A program made the position numbers and the translations under genes. Positions 46,816 through 57,819 of a stretch of DNA of 64,000 nucleotides are shown here, piece after piece. The stretch lies in the IMG/VR virus record IMGVR_UViG_3300021426_000077, positions 36,428 to 100,427 of that record; one strand, given 5' to 3'. This stretch comes from a virus. Its lineage: Duplodnaviria > Caudoviricetes. A model generated the notes under the pieces. It ran no database searches, was not told the origin of the DNA, and saw nothing but the letters and a program-made list of their open reading frames with translations. Each line of letters starts with the position of its first letter. The first letter of the stretch is position 1.

Positions 46816-47184
46816 CTATTTCTCAACAAACCAGCGGAGCCAATTTGCATCCAGCTCATACCGATACTCATGCGGAGCTACGAGCTTATCATACGCAAAA
46901 TTCTTCTCAACCGCAGGTTTAGTAGGAGGACGATTAATAGTAAACCACTCCTTACCATCATATTCATGACGGCTGAACCAGCATCCATCCTTCATTACAA
47001 TAATGAGGTCATATGGAATAAGAGCCATTCCGTACCCATTATCATAATCAGTATCCTCTGCTACCGAGAAAAACCAGTTAATGTTAACTCGAAACTCGTA
47101 ATTTCCGATCCAATCAATATCGGTACGATCATACCCATAATGATTAAGCAACTCCATAACTTCGTCGCCCAGATTAATCATCAT
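46816..47184 (-). CDS. hypothetical phage protein
   Basis: DYDNGYG...WFSRHEYDGKEWF. Confidence 0.65.
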   Translation of the reverse strand: MMINLGDEVMELLNHYGYDRTDIDWIGNYEFRVNINWFFSVAEDTDYDNGYGMALIPYDLIIVMKDGCWFSRHEYDGKEWFTINRPPTKPAVEKNFAYDKLVAPHEYRYELDANWLRWFVEK

Positions 47185-47674
47185 ATTCTTTATCCTCTCT
47201 CTTGAGATCATCTACGTTTCCATCCTTATAATGGAATCTGCCAATCTTCTTGAAATATTCATCTGCTCTATCTTCGCCAAGATTCTGAGCATAATCTTGA
47301 TAAATAGCTCTGCGGACTCTGCTCTCCCACTCAAGGTACTCTTTCTCTCCAAGCTCTTCCCGCAGCCACTCCTCACCCTCTTCTCCAAGATCAATATTGC
47401 CGAGTCGATAGGACATAAGAAGATGAGTAATGATATAGCTGCGGATCCAGCCAAACTCTTCGTTAACGTAGTCCTGCATAGTTTCAATTGCGTTATCCTT
47501 AAGGAGAGGGATTCTATCTTCTCGTTCATTTGCCATGTAAAGAATATCACGCTGATGATCAAAAAGATTCCAAGACACTCGCCGCATAGTCTCTTCTACA
47601 AAAGTATTAAGAAGATAGTCGTCCTCAGCGTAGGGACGAGTAAAGACGTGATCGTAAACTTCATGAACCTTCAT
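47174..47674 (-). CDS. hypothetical protein
   Basis: ORF track; RBS. Confidence 0.6.
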   Translation of the reverse strand: MKVHEVYDHVFTRPYAEDDYLLNTFVEETMRRVSWNLFDHQRDILYMANEREDRIPLLKDNAIETMQDYVNEEFGWIRSYIITHLLMSYRLGNIDLGEEGEEWLREELGEKEYLEWESRVRRAIYQDYAQNLGEDRADEYFKKIGRFHYKDGNVDDLKREDKEYDD

Positions 47675-48412
47675 TTTATCTCCTTAATATTCCACAGTGT
47701 CAAGATATACATCTTCACCGTCAGTAATTATGTAAATATCGAAACTTCCACCATCAAGTGTCTCAAGAAGCTCTTGACATTCTCTCTTTACATCTTTCAA
47801 ACAATTACTTGCGGGCGCGAATTCGTAATACTCACCATCGCAGCTTTCTCCCATAACATAGAACATTGTTACTCCTTCACCACCTTAAGGGGCAGAATAG
47901 TATAGTAATTACACCAAGTCTCCGCAGCTTCCGCATACTTCTCTGCGGCTTCTCGAGTACTAAAAACATGCTCACAAGCGAGAACAGGAGAATATGACTC
48001 ATCATCTAGAGAAATCTCGTCTGCGATGATCGCGTAAACCACGTCGTAAGTCATTGTTAGCTCCTCTTACATCTCTTGGGATCGAGAAACGGTACCCCAC
48101 CACGAATTACCTCGCCAGACAAAGATCTGCTCAATTTCCGGATGCCTGCGGAGCATCTCAAAGCAGATCCTCTCAAGCTGATACCAAGAACGCTGCGAAT
48201 AATTAGGACGAGTAACAGCGCCATCTTCCCAGCGAATGCTCAGTTCCCAATCGAAAATTTCAGAATCATCATGGCTCTTGGAACGATCAGAACGATAGAC
48301 ACGAAACTCTGCCATATTACCCATCCTTTCTTCTTTTTCTTTAATTATATTATAACATAAAAAATGGGCACCTGTCAATACTTTTCTTCAATATCAACAG
48401 GTGCCCACTCGG

Positions 48413-49609
48413 TTACTTAGCCTTGAAATTCCAAACAGGGTACATATGAGCTATAATATCTGCATTAGGATGAATTGCCTGGATGATCGCCTCCGCATCC
48501 TTATATGCCATAGGAGCCTCATCGAGAGTCTCCTCGACTACAGAAGAAGAAGCAATACCATCCATTGCATTCTGAAAATCCTTAAGAGTCAACTGATTGC
48601 GGGCCTGCCCTCGCGACATGACACGACCAGCACCATGCGGCAATGAGCAGTTCCAATCCTCATTTCCAAGAGAACGAACAATGAGAATTCCATCGCGCAT
48701 ATTCAGAGGGATAAGACCAATCTGACCCTTATATCCCTCAATAGCGCCCTTGCGGATAATGTGATGATCAACATCTACATAGTTATGAATACAAGTAATC
48801 TTCTGCGGATCAAATGCCCATCCCATATACTTAGCAACCTCACGATAGATTGCCATATGAGAGCGATAAGAAAACTCGTTGCAAATCTTCATATCATGGA
48901 GATAGTGCTCCATATCTTCACCCTCAAGATAGCAAAGATCATCCGCAGGCTCAGCCGCAATTATCTCACGGCAAAGCTCAATCCATCCCTGGATACGATC
49001 AACACGATTAATTGCGCGAAGCGCTGCAATTCCCATCTTCTGATGAAGTCGATGCTGTTCTATACGCTCATTGCGACGATCGATTGCAATCTGCTGATAA
49101 TACTCAGCAATCTGCTTTCCAAGGTTGCGGGATCCGCAATGAATTACAAACCAATACTGATTATACTCAGAATTATAATCAAGCTCGAGATAGTGATTTC
49201 CACCACCAAGAGTTCCCATAGACTTGCGGAGACGATCATGATTCTGCAGGTAGTCCCAGCAGTAAAGATCCTCATATGGAAAATCTACAGAAAGCTCATG
49301 CTCAACAGAACGAACATCAAAGCCAGTCGGGATATACTCTCGACAAACCTGATCCAGATACTCGCAATCAATATTATCAGAGTTAACAAGAAAAGCAGAC
49401 ACACGGCAAGCAATATCTACGCCTACGGTGCCAGGAACAATCTTATCCTTAAACTCAATGGTCGAGCCAACAACCGCACCCTTCCCCGCATGAGCATCAG
49501 GCATGATGCGAATCTTAGAATCTCGATACGCAGGAGAATTAGCAAATGCGTCAATCTGCTCAATGGTAACAAGGTCATTACCAACCATAAAGTTCTTAAG
49601 ATCAGCCAT
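48413..49609 (-). CDS. rtcB: RtcB RNA ligase
   Basis: IMPDAHAGKG, VGVDIAC, GTLGGGNHYLE, HCGSRNLG, HNY, RKGA, SLPHGAGR, LDEAPMAYK. Confidence 0.96.
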   Translation of the reverse strand: MADLKNFMVGNDLVTIEQIDAFANSPAYRDSKIRIMPDAHAGKGAVVGSTIEFKDKIVPGTVGVDIACRVSAFLVNSDNIDCEYLDQVCREYIPTGFDVRSVEHELSVDFPYEDLYCWDYLQNHDRLRKSMGTLGGGNHYLELDYNSEYNQYWFVIHCGSRNLGKQIAEYYQQIAIDRRNERIEQHRLHQKMGIAALRAINRVDRIQGWIELCREIIAAEPADDLCYLEGEDMEHYLHDMKICNEFSYRSHMAIYREVAKYMGWAFDPQKITCIHNYVDVDHHIIRKGAIEGYKGQIGLIPLNMRDGILIVRSLGNEDWNCSLPHGAGRVMSRGQARNQLTLKDFQNAMDGIASSSVVEETLDEAPMAYKDAEAIIQAIHPNADIIAHMYPVWNFKAK

Positions 49610-50209
49610 AATTCTCCCTCTTTTCTCATTTTCTTTAATTATATTATAACATAAAAAAAGAGCTTCTGTCAATAATTATCTTACCGACAAAAGCTCTACA
49701 ATTTAAAGATCAAGTTTATGAATAATATCTTCGTAAGTAAAATGATTATCAATCATATCTTTAATGTGAGGAATTTTACCTTGACTGTAGTAATCATTAT
49801 ACTTATCCCAAACCTTTGTAGTATCATTGAGACTATATCGTCCAGGGATTGGAACTGCATACCCCGCAGAGCCGTCACTTTCGGGAAAAAGCTGATAAAG
49901 CTGACGATTTTGCTTAATTGCATACTTCATTTTCATTTATTTTCCTTCCTATATGTGACGTTTAATTAGCTTCTGGTAGAAGATTACTTGGACTTCCATC
50001 ATACTGACTAATTGTAAATCCTTGCGGAAAACGCAACTTAATAATTACTTCAGTATTTGCCGATGCAGGAAATTGACATATATCTTCATCTTCCCTATAG
50101 ATTTCAATTTCAGATATTGCGCCAGAGTAAGCCTGATAAGTTTCATCTGAACCATCTGAAAAAGCTACTGCAACAATTGCATCTCTTACTCTCTTAAATT
50201 TCTTCATAC

Positions 50210-50773
50210 TTATCTCCATTGGCGACAATATTCATAAAGAACAATTCCACTTGCTACACTTACATTAAGAGATCGTACTGATCCAATATTTTTAATATAA
50301 ATCATACTATCACATAGATCAATATCAGATTTAGAAAGTCCTGCATTTTCTTCTCCAAAGACGAACGCACTCTTTTTTGGAAATGAAACATCCATTATAT
50401 TAATTGGATTGTATTCCATAATATTATCAACTGCATACACTATATATCCAAGAGAATGAAGATGATTAATTACTTCTTCAATAGTATCTGCATGATATAC
50501 GTTTTCAAAATGATTTGTTCCTACACAAGCTCGACTATCATATTTGCGGCGCCCGCAAATGTAAATTTCCTTACCTAGAAAAGCATTATTGCTTCTAATT
50601 GAACAAGCAATATTAATATTATAAGAAATATTTTGAAAAACCATAACAGCATCGTTACGATTTTCTTGAAGATCAGCTCTAATATCTGCGGTCTGCCATT
50701 GATGATAATAATCAATTACATTAGAACGATTAGACTGAATTGTGTCATTAGCATAACGATACTTTTCTATCAT
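50210..50773 (-). CDS. SPOUT (TrmH/SpoU-family) RNA 2'-O-methyltransferase
   Basis: NIACSIRSNNAF, FVFGEENAGLS, GSVRSLNVSVASGIVLYE. Confidence 0.9.
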   Translation of the reverse strand: MIEKYRYANDTIQSNRSNVIDYYHQWQTADIRADLQENRNDAVMVFQNISYNINIACSIRSNNAFLGKEIYICGRRKYDSRACVGTNHFENVYHADTIEEVINHLHSLGYIVYAVDNIMEYNPINIMDVSFPKKSAFVFGEENAGLSKSDIDLCDSMIYIKNIGSVRSLNVSVASGIVLYEYCRQWR

Positions 50774-52577
50774 TAATATTCCTTATCTATATTTAGTAGT
50801 TGGAATTAAATCAGTGGCGATACTAATATATTTATTGCCTTCTTTTTCTGAATGATGAACAAACTGATACCCGCAATGTTCGACTGTATCCAGAAAATCT
50901 ATAAATTGACCGTAAAAATCTATTTTTGTTTCTCGATTCCAATTTTCTGGCGGATAAGTCTGAATTCGTTGAAACCAATTATAGCGTTTAATTAGATAAT
51001 CTTTATCTACATAACGATCAATTTCTTCTTTATACGCCGCATCTATACGATTAGCAATCATATAAAGATATTTGTAAGGAGGACAACTTTTACTTTCTTC
51101 ATTCCTAATAAAATGATCTGCCCATTCCCGTAGCTCTTTTGTAATAATCATATGTGTACTCTTTCAATTTCCAGTGGTCACAAAAATTATCAAAACAAGT
51201 TGGTCTTCCAGTTCTCTCACAAGGAAACCAATAAAGATCTTTGCCTTTATCGTATTGAATGTGTCTTAATTGAAAGAAATGACAATTCTTACATGTTTTT
51301 TCCATCATTATAAATTTTTCTTGTTTTATGATTTAGTTTTTCTTCAATTTTGTCTAATCTTTTAGACAAACGTCTTATATTGTACCAAAGGTTATATACC
51401 TCATGGTTTTCTAGCTTTCTAACTCTGTGAGCTAATTCTCAGAAATCTCTATCGGTTATCATATGACACCTTCTCAAAATTACTTATAAAAAGCATAAAC
51501 TTCATTATTTCTTGTATCTGATATATAGTTGCTCTTCCAATAATTTCCCATTTTCCTTCAACATAAAAAATTGTAAGATCCTTATTAAAGCAATGGAAAG
51601 AAAAAGAATCAAATTCAAGAAACTCTAGAGAGCTACAATTCTTTGCAAACCAACTATAAATTTCTGAAAACTGAAAATCTGCCCAATCATTCAGAATAGC
51701 TTCTGAAAATTCATAATCATTCAGCATATCAAAAAATTTCATTATTTCAATAGGAGAAATGTTAGTTTCCATCTTTTTCCATTTCTTTCTTAATGTTGCG
51801 GATTTTGCGGGAAAGCTTACGAAGGACGCCATTGCCTTCACTGTTTTTACCATTTGCCATTAGTCGGTCATATCGGCTCTGAGTTGCCGCAAGTTCACTC
51901 TGTAGATTTTTAGAATTCATACTCATACTCCTCTTCAAACCAGAAATTCGTATAAAAATAATACATAGGGTCAGAACCAATCCATACATACTTACTCATA
52001 GGAACTCCTTTCCCTTTTTTTCTTTAATTATATTATACCATAAAATATAGTCATGTGTCAACTACTATTTACTACTTATTCGGCACATATTTTGAAAAAA
52101 AGTCAATCTTTTCTCTAAAGAAAGGAAGGCCAGAACGTTCTGCTTCATATTCAGTAAATCTGTCTTGAAGAAATACATTATCTATCTTGCCGCAAATTGG
52201 ACAATACGAACCCCGCACATAATGTACAGAATCACTATAATATCCATAAATAGTAAGGATACAATCAGTATAAAGATGCTTATGATCACTTTTCTTTATC
52301 TTTTTCTTAGACTTTTTCTTTCCTCGGATAGGTTCCTCGGGAAGTTCTGTGTATTTATATTTAAGTTTTTCTTCTTTCCATTCAGACGGCATTGTTAACT
52401 CCTTCTCTTGGAAATTATTGATTTTCTTTTTCTATTATATATTATAACATAAAATTTAATTTTTGTCTATATAAAAAAAGAGCCTTAGATAAAATAAATT
52501 TATCTAAGGCTTTTAATTTTTTTAAAATATATAGAATATTTTTTTATTTAATTTTATAGAATTAATTATTATTTATT

Positions 52578-53189
52578 TTACATTAAACAAGGAACAATTA
52601 CAGTATAATTATTTGCTGGCAAAATAAAATATCAGCGTCCTTCTTCTGTTTCAGCTTTTCCTACTCTAGATTGATAATCATAAATTAGAGAAGAATAATT
52701 TTTTTCAAGAAAATCTTCTTTAGAAGGATAAATGTTAATACCTAAATACGGCGAATATGTATTAAGTTTATGTGGACTTTCTGGTATATAACATATGATA
52801 CTACCTGGTTTAGCTTTGCCAATAAAATAAATACTAGAATCATTCATTAAATTTTTAGTCATTTCAATTGTGTTATCATTTTCATCTTTAAATTCACCGT
52901 ATATAGAGTCTGAATATTCAACTCCACCACCACCATACATATCTATTGTAACTGCGAATTCAACTAGTTCTTCTTGAGAATCGTTATTATCATTGTTATT
53001 ATTATTAATAGGATTATCTATATACATAACTCATTGATTATTGTTATTACAGATATATGTATCTCCTGTATCAGCCACGAGAGCAGTAGAAGCAGGTTCT
53101 GCTGGTAATTTTTTTAAATCTGCTATATTATCTACAAAAAACTCATGAGTTCCTAATACAGCATTGGCACTTAAGACTTTATAAGCCAT
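52578..53189 (-). CDS. constant-N/variable-C putative virion protein 1 (TGA=Trp)
   Basis: MAYKVLS...THEFFVDNIADLKKLPAEPASTALVADTGDTYICNN..W*VMYIDNPI. Confidence 0.75.
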
Positions 53190-53232
53190 AATATCACTTC
53201 TCCTTTATATATTAATTATATATTAAGAATAA

Positions 53233-53955
53233 TTAAGAAACGTCCACACGGAACTTGAACGCGAGGTGCAGTTGTTCGGCACCAGCCCTCCGCAAGAATG
53301 GAACCTTGTAGAAATATCCACTAGCGTTTTGTTCAATGGGATATGAACCGTCAAGGTCCCCCATTCCCTCGATGACGAACGTCCCGGTGCCCGTCGTTTT
53401 GTCATAGCTTGTCGGAAGCTCGATGACCTCGGAGACTTCCTCGTCCGCGTCATCGTTCTCGAATACGTTGAGAAGGAACGCTTTCTCGATAAAACTTAAG
53501 GTATTTGTACGGGGAAACACGGCGAAGGCATGTGGACAAGGGCACAAACCGGTATTGGTTGCGGATACACACGTGAAATAGTTACCGTTCCTGGCATCTT
53601 CGAGAGAAATGGAAAGTGCTCTAACCTTGCCGATCATGTTCTCCCTCAGAATATCGCCCTTTGCTGGATCGGCGTTCACGTAACAAAGCGGCGCATTGAC
53701 CCAGTAATCGCTCTTCTGAATAACAAAGCCGTCACCAGCATCCGTATCACTACTGCTGTCTGAAGTATTTTCAATAGGATTGTCAATATATATAACTCAC
53801 TTACCTGCATTATTACAAATATAAGTGTCTCCAGTAGCAGCAACTAGCGCTGTTGATGCAGGTTCTTGCGGCAGTTCTTGTAAATTTTCAACATTATCTA
53901 CAAGAAATTCGTGAGTATTTAATGCAACATTAGCACTTAAAGTTTTGTAAGCCAT
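53233..53955 (-). CDS. constant-N/variable-C putative virion protein 2 (TGA=Trp), GC-rich C-terminus
   Basis: Same N-module; TGA at 53797-53799; in frame with track ORF 53233-53679. Confidence 0.75.
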
Positions 53956-54074
53956 ATTATTTCTCCTTTATATATATTAATTATTTATTAAAAATAAAAT
54001 AGGTTTACGACGGACTTCTTTATCGCGTCGTAGAGCCAGTTGGGGAGAGGGTAGACTTTGGTCATGGTGCCTCC

Positions 54075-55046
54075 TTAGTTGGAGTACTTGATGTAGATTT
54101 CGGGGAAGGTGCCATCGCCCTCGTAGGGCGCTGGGATGTTCGCCAGATTGAGCGCGAGGAACTTGTTCCCCCCGAAGCCCGTCCGTACCTCGTAGGAGGT
54201 GTAGGCTGTCTGCTCGATGATGTAGCCACTCTGCTCGTCCAGTCCCGTGATGGTGCGGAGGTAGACGGCCTGCACGGTCTTGGTTGCGCCGAGCGGGATG
54301 TTCAGCGACGTGCCCTCGACAGCCATGTTGAGCGCGGCCATGTTGAACGTAGCGATGATATTGTCGGGAAGCGTCATTTGCCCTGCTGGTGGATAGTCCC
54401 CAGCATAAATTCTGTCGACGGGCACAGCGTCGCCGCCCATGTAGTCGCTCGGCTCGTCGGTGCCCATGTCGATGTTGACATAGTTGCCGAAGCTCGCACC
54501 CCCGCCGCCAGAGCCTTCCACTTCCACCTTGACGGTGTGGGTGCCTGCGATCTGGGTAGCGATGTAGTTCTCGTTGGTGCTATTGCTGGAAATGGAGAAT
54601 GGAATCGTGGAGAAGTCGACTCTGCCGTCGACAGTTGGAGCGCCGTAGTAGTTAGCGCCCTCTTCATCATCATGTCTCTTCTGGCATGTGTACGTCGTGC
54701 CGTCGAACGTCACGTAGATGGTGTCGGCGTCGATGTACTGCGAGTAGGCAAGCTCTGCCTGCGCGACTGGAAACTCGCCCTGCTGCGCTGTCGTAACCGT
54801 CTCCTCGAACAGCACGGTCTTGAAGTTATTGTCTGTATTATCGCCATTATCTGGCGTATTTCCAATAGGATTATCTATATACATAATTCATTGTTTATTG
54901 TTATTACAAATATATGTATCACCCGTGTTAGCTACCAGGGCAGTTGATGCGGGTTCTTTAGGTAAAATTTCTAAATCTGCAATATCATCAACAAAAAATT
55001 TATGTGTATTGTGAATTGGGTCTGTTTCTAAAATTTTATAAATCAT
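54075..55046 (-). CDS. constant-N/variable-C putative virion protein 3 (TGA=Trp), GC-rich C-terminus
   Basis: Same N-module; TGA at 54888-54890; in frame with track ORF 54075-54884. Confidence 0.75.
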
Positions 55047-55171
55047 ATAATTTTCCTTTCTGTTGGGGAAAAATAATTTTACTATATAAATTAAAAATTA
55101 AGTTTAAATTTTAATAAAAAAAGACCCTTATACGAAATGTATAAGGGTCAATATAAACAGAGTATCTTCTG

Positions 55172-55242
55172 AGGCCATATTCAGAATCGAACTGAAGACA
55201 GGGCATTACAAGTGCCTTATTATACCATTTAACTATACGGCC
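55172..55242 (-). tRNA. tRNA-Thr(TGT)
   Basis: Cloverleaf; GGCA-CTTGTAA-TGCC; TTCGATT T-loop. Confidence 0.8.
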
Positions 55243-55263
55243 GCAGAAGATACTCGATATACT

Positions 55264-55340
55264 TGGAGATAACGAGAATCGAACTCGTGTCCAGGCATTT
55301 TCACTTTGGCTTTCAATGCCTGTCGAACCCATCTATCCCC
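55264..55340 (-). ncRNA. mini-tmRNA (tRNA-like domain only)
   Basis: GGGGATA...TTCGAC AGGCATT-loop-AATGCCT GGAC ACGAGTTCGATTCTCGT TATCTCC A; G3:U70 pair. Confidence 0.75.
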
Positions 55341-55575
55341 ATTGGAGCGGGCCACGTTTCAGTACCATCTTACTAGTCGTATTCTAATCCTTTATAAAAT
55401 CATGTCTAGAATTAATTTTATAAATTAAGGTACACCCGCATATAAAAATGACAGGCCCAACCCTATCTGGCAGAGGATTACCCCTGGAGTTTCCCAGCTT
55501 TCACAGGTGACTAAAGTCATATATGCGACCAGGTGGAGAGCCCATTATACCTGCGGGCTCGCTGTTATTGTCATA

Positions 55576-55649
55576 TGGCTGGGACTGAGAGAATCGAACT
55601 CCCATTAGCGGAACCAAAATCCGCGGTCTTGCCGTTAGACGAAGTCCCA
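55576..55649 (-). tRNA. tRNA-Gln(TTG)
   Basis: GCGGA-TTTTGGT-TCCGC; encoded CCA. Confidence 0.92.
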
Positions 55650-55652
55650 ATT

Positions 55653-56156
55653 TTATTGATCAGAATTAATAGGTAGATCTGTACAGAAGAATACGCCAGA
55701 ATGCTTACCTTCAAACACATCTCGAGCGAGATCTTCGTAAAGAGTTGATTCAAAACCATGATAGTCATTTAGATTATCATTATAATATTGAACAACCTCA
55801 TTACGAAAAAGCATATAAGAAACAGGATTAGAGAAAATACTAGGAGTATCAATCATCCTTGACATAATAGGATTATTATGAAAAGCTGCTTCAAATAAAT
55901 CGGCATTAGTATTACCATTATTAGCAGGAACAACCTTAATTGAAAGTGTAACATTTCCAAAATTTTTAGTAGAAGGAAGAAGTTGACCTAATGCATCTGC
56001 TTTGGTTACACCTTCTACATAAAGTGTTAGAATTAGTTCGTCTTCATCAAACTTAATAGTAATATTTGGATCTGGATTAAATAGAGCTTCAATTTTATGA
56101 ACATAAGAGGTCCAAGGTGAAGCAAGTCCTACCGAAGAATTGATTGATTTAGACAT
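55653..56156 (-). CDS. hypothetical phage protein
   Basis: VVQYYNDNLNDYHG...LYEDLARDVF...VFFCTD. Confidence 0.7.
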   Translation of the reverse strand: MSKSINSSVGLASPWTSYVHKIEALFNPDPNITIKFDEDELILTLYVEGVTKADALGQLLPSTKNFGNVTLSIKVVPANNGNTNADLFEAAFHNNPIMSRMIDTPSIFSNPVSYMLFRNEVVQYYNDNLNDYHGFESTLYEDLARDVFEGKHSGVFFCTDLPINSDQ

Positions 56157-56181
56157 ATTCCATACCTCTTTCTATTTTAAA

Positions 56182-56255
56182 TGGAGCGGATAGCGGATCC
56201 CGAGACCGCATCTGGAGCTTGGAAGGCTCTTATTCTGCCTTTGAACTATACCCGC
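56182..56255 (-). tRNA. tRNA-Gly(TCC), atypical T-loop
   Basis: GAGC-CTTCCAA-GCTC; GCGGGTA/TATCCGC-TCCA. Confidence 0.85.
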
Positions 56256-56264
56256 ATATGCATA

Positions 56265-56341
56265 TGGCGCCCTTTGCGAGAATCGAACTCACAACTTTTG
56301 GCTTAGGAGGCCAACGCTCTGTCCTATTGAGCTAAAAGGGC
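56265..56341 (-). tRNA. tRNA-Arg(CCT)
   Basis: TTGGC-CTCCTAA-GCCAA; CCA end. Confidence 0.93.
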
Positions 56342-56377
56342 AAATATAGAAATTCTACATATTGTAGAAGTAATATG

Positions 56378-56453
56378 TGGTACATCCTGTGAGACTCGAA
56401 CTCACGCTCTTTCGATTAAGAGTCGATTGCTTTACCATCTAAGCTAAGGATGT
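56378..56453 (-). tRNA. tRNA-Lys(CTT)
   Basis: TCGA-CTCTTAA-TCGA; CCA end. Confidence 0.92.
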
Positions 56454-56454
56454 A

Positions 56455-56532
56455 TGGCTCCTCAAGTAGGATTTGAACCTACGACACGCGGATTAACAGT
56501 CCGTTGCGCTAACCAGGCTGCGCTATTGAGGA
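56455..56532 (-). tRNA. tRNA-Asn(GTT)
   Basis: CGGA-CTGTTAA-TCCG; CCA end. Confidence 0.93.
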
Positions 56533-56542
56533 ATTTATATAG

Positions 56543-56672
56543 TCGCGGATATATTTAAAACAGTATAATATCGTGCTCTACCTTTGAGCTAAGTAAACAT
56601 TTGTTTACTATTGGATTCGAACCAATAACATCGCCTTTAATCAGAGGAAGTAACTGTTTTACCATCACGCAA
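56543..56672 (-). ncRNA. YrlA-like RNA with circularly permuted tRNA domain
   Basis: T-arm, then loop-closed acceptor AGTAAAC-AAAT-GTTTACT, then D-arm, inside a TGAT..TACTTC terminal stem. Confidence 0.7.
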
Positions 56673-56675
56673 TAA

Positions 56676-57005
56676 TTAACTTATATATTTATTACCATCT
56701 CGTTTTCAAGTTATTTTAGGAGTTAGATTTATAGGTTCTTTTTGATAATCTTCTCTTCATAGCTTATTACTTAAATCTTTAAGAGCTTTTTTAGTTTCTG
56801 GCCCAAGAGGAAAACCATCTAAATCTTCCCATAATTTCTCAATATCTCGATCTTTAGAATGAAAATATCTATCTATGATTCCCGCATAATCATCATACAT
56901 AATTTCTAGAATTCCAATAGGAACCCAAATATTTTGATCTGCGGCTTCCATATCTTCAATTTCATGGATGATCATTATAAAATTATTCTTAGAAAATTTA
57001 GCCAA
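56676..57005 (-). CDS. hypothetical protein (TGA=Trp)
   Basis: Reads through two TGA to TAA at 56676. Confidence 0.55.
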
Positions 57006-57055
57006 ATCTACCTCCTTAAAAAAAAATAAGCCAAAGTAGATTTGGCTATTCTATT

Positions 57056-57718
57056 TTAATCTGTAGCATATTTTCATTCATACCCGTATGCAGTATGACG
57101 CTGATTTTGATTTTTACAAACTCTACCAATGCAAATACTAATATTATTAAGCTGACCTGTTGAGATTTTTTGATCATAAACCCATTGAGCAGCTTCTCTT
57201 TGAGAATTAAAACTTTTTATTATTTGCCCGTTTTTTAAAGCAATAACCTTTTTAGAATTTCTTTTATGAGCATTAATTTGTGTATTTTTAATACCAGAAT
57301 TTAATAATACTCTATGAACAGTATCAGAATCACATTCAAAAACATTACAAATTTCTTTAATTAATTTTCCTTGAGAAAACAAATCAATCATTTTTTGATA
57401 ATCTTCTAAAGAATAAGTCATTCTTCCATCTCCGCCTGGAGTGGCATTATACCCTTTAGAATAACTCCCATAATAATTTATTCAATAAATTTCTCTATCT
57501 GAAAGAATTGAAATATCGCATTCTTCAATTAATTCTATATAAAAATGTTCTGAACCATATTTATTAATTGCTCGATACAAAGGTCTATGTTCATAATCTC
57601 GTCTAGGAGCATCTTTAAGATGTTCTTTAAAACGATCTTCTATCGTAGGTAATAAAGTTTTACCAATATAAACCTTATCATTAATATCATTTTTTATGAT
57701 ATAAATTTTTCCAATCAT
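57056..57718 (-). CDS. GIY-YIG homing endonuclease with NUMOD1-like domain (TGA=Trp)
   Basis: GKIYIIKN...VYIGKT...RFKEH...REIYW*I...GYNATPGGDG...TAYGYEW*KY. Confidence 0.9.
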
Positions 57719-57819
57719 AAAATTTACCTGCCAATCTTTAATATTTTTCTTTATTTTAAATAAAAATTGGCAGGTTTTTATAATAAAAACTTGCCCAATT
57801 TTGGCAAGTTTGCCAAATT

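Noticed and set aside
47231-49654. Long + strand ORFs (47231-47905, 48761-49654)
   Set aside because: Antisense shadows of RtcB and neighbouring genes
52578-55046. Diversity-generating retroelement or shufflon
   Set aside because: No reverse transcriptase or invertase seen; the shared part is the N-terminus and differences are not adenine-specific
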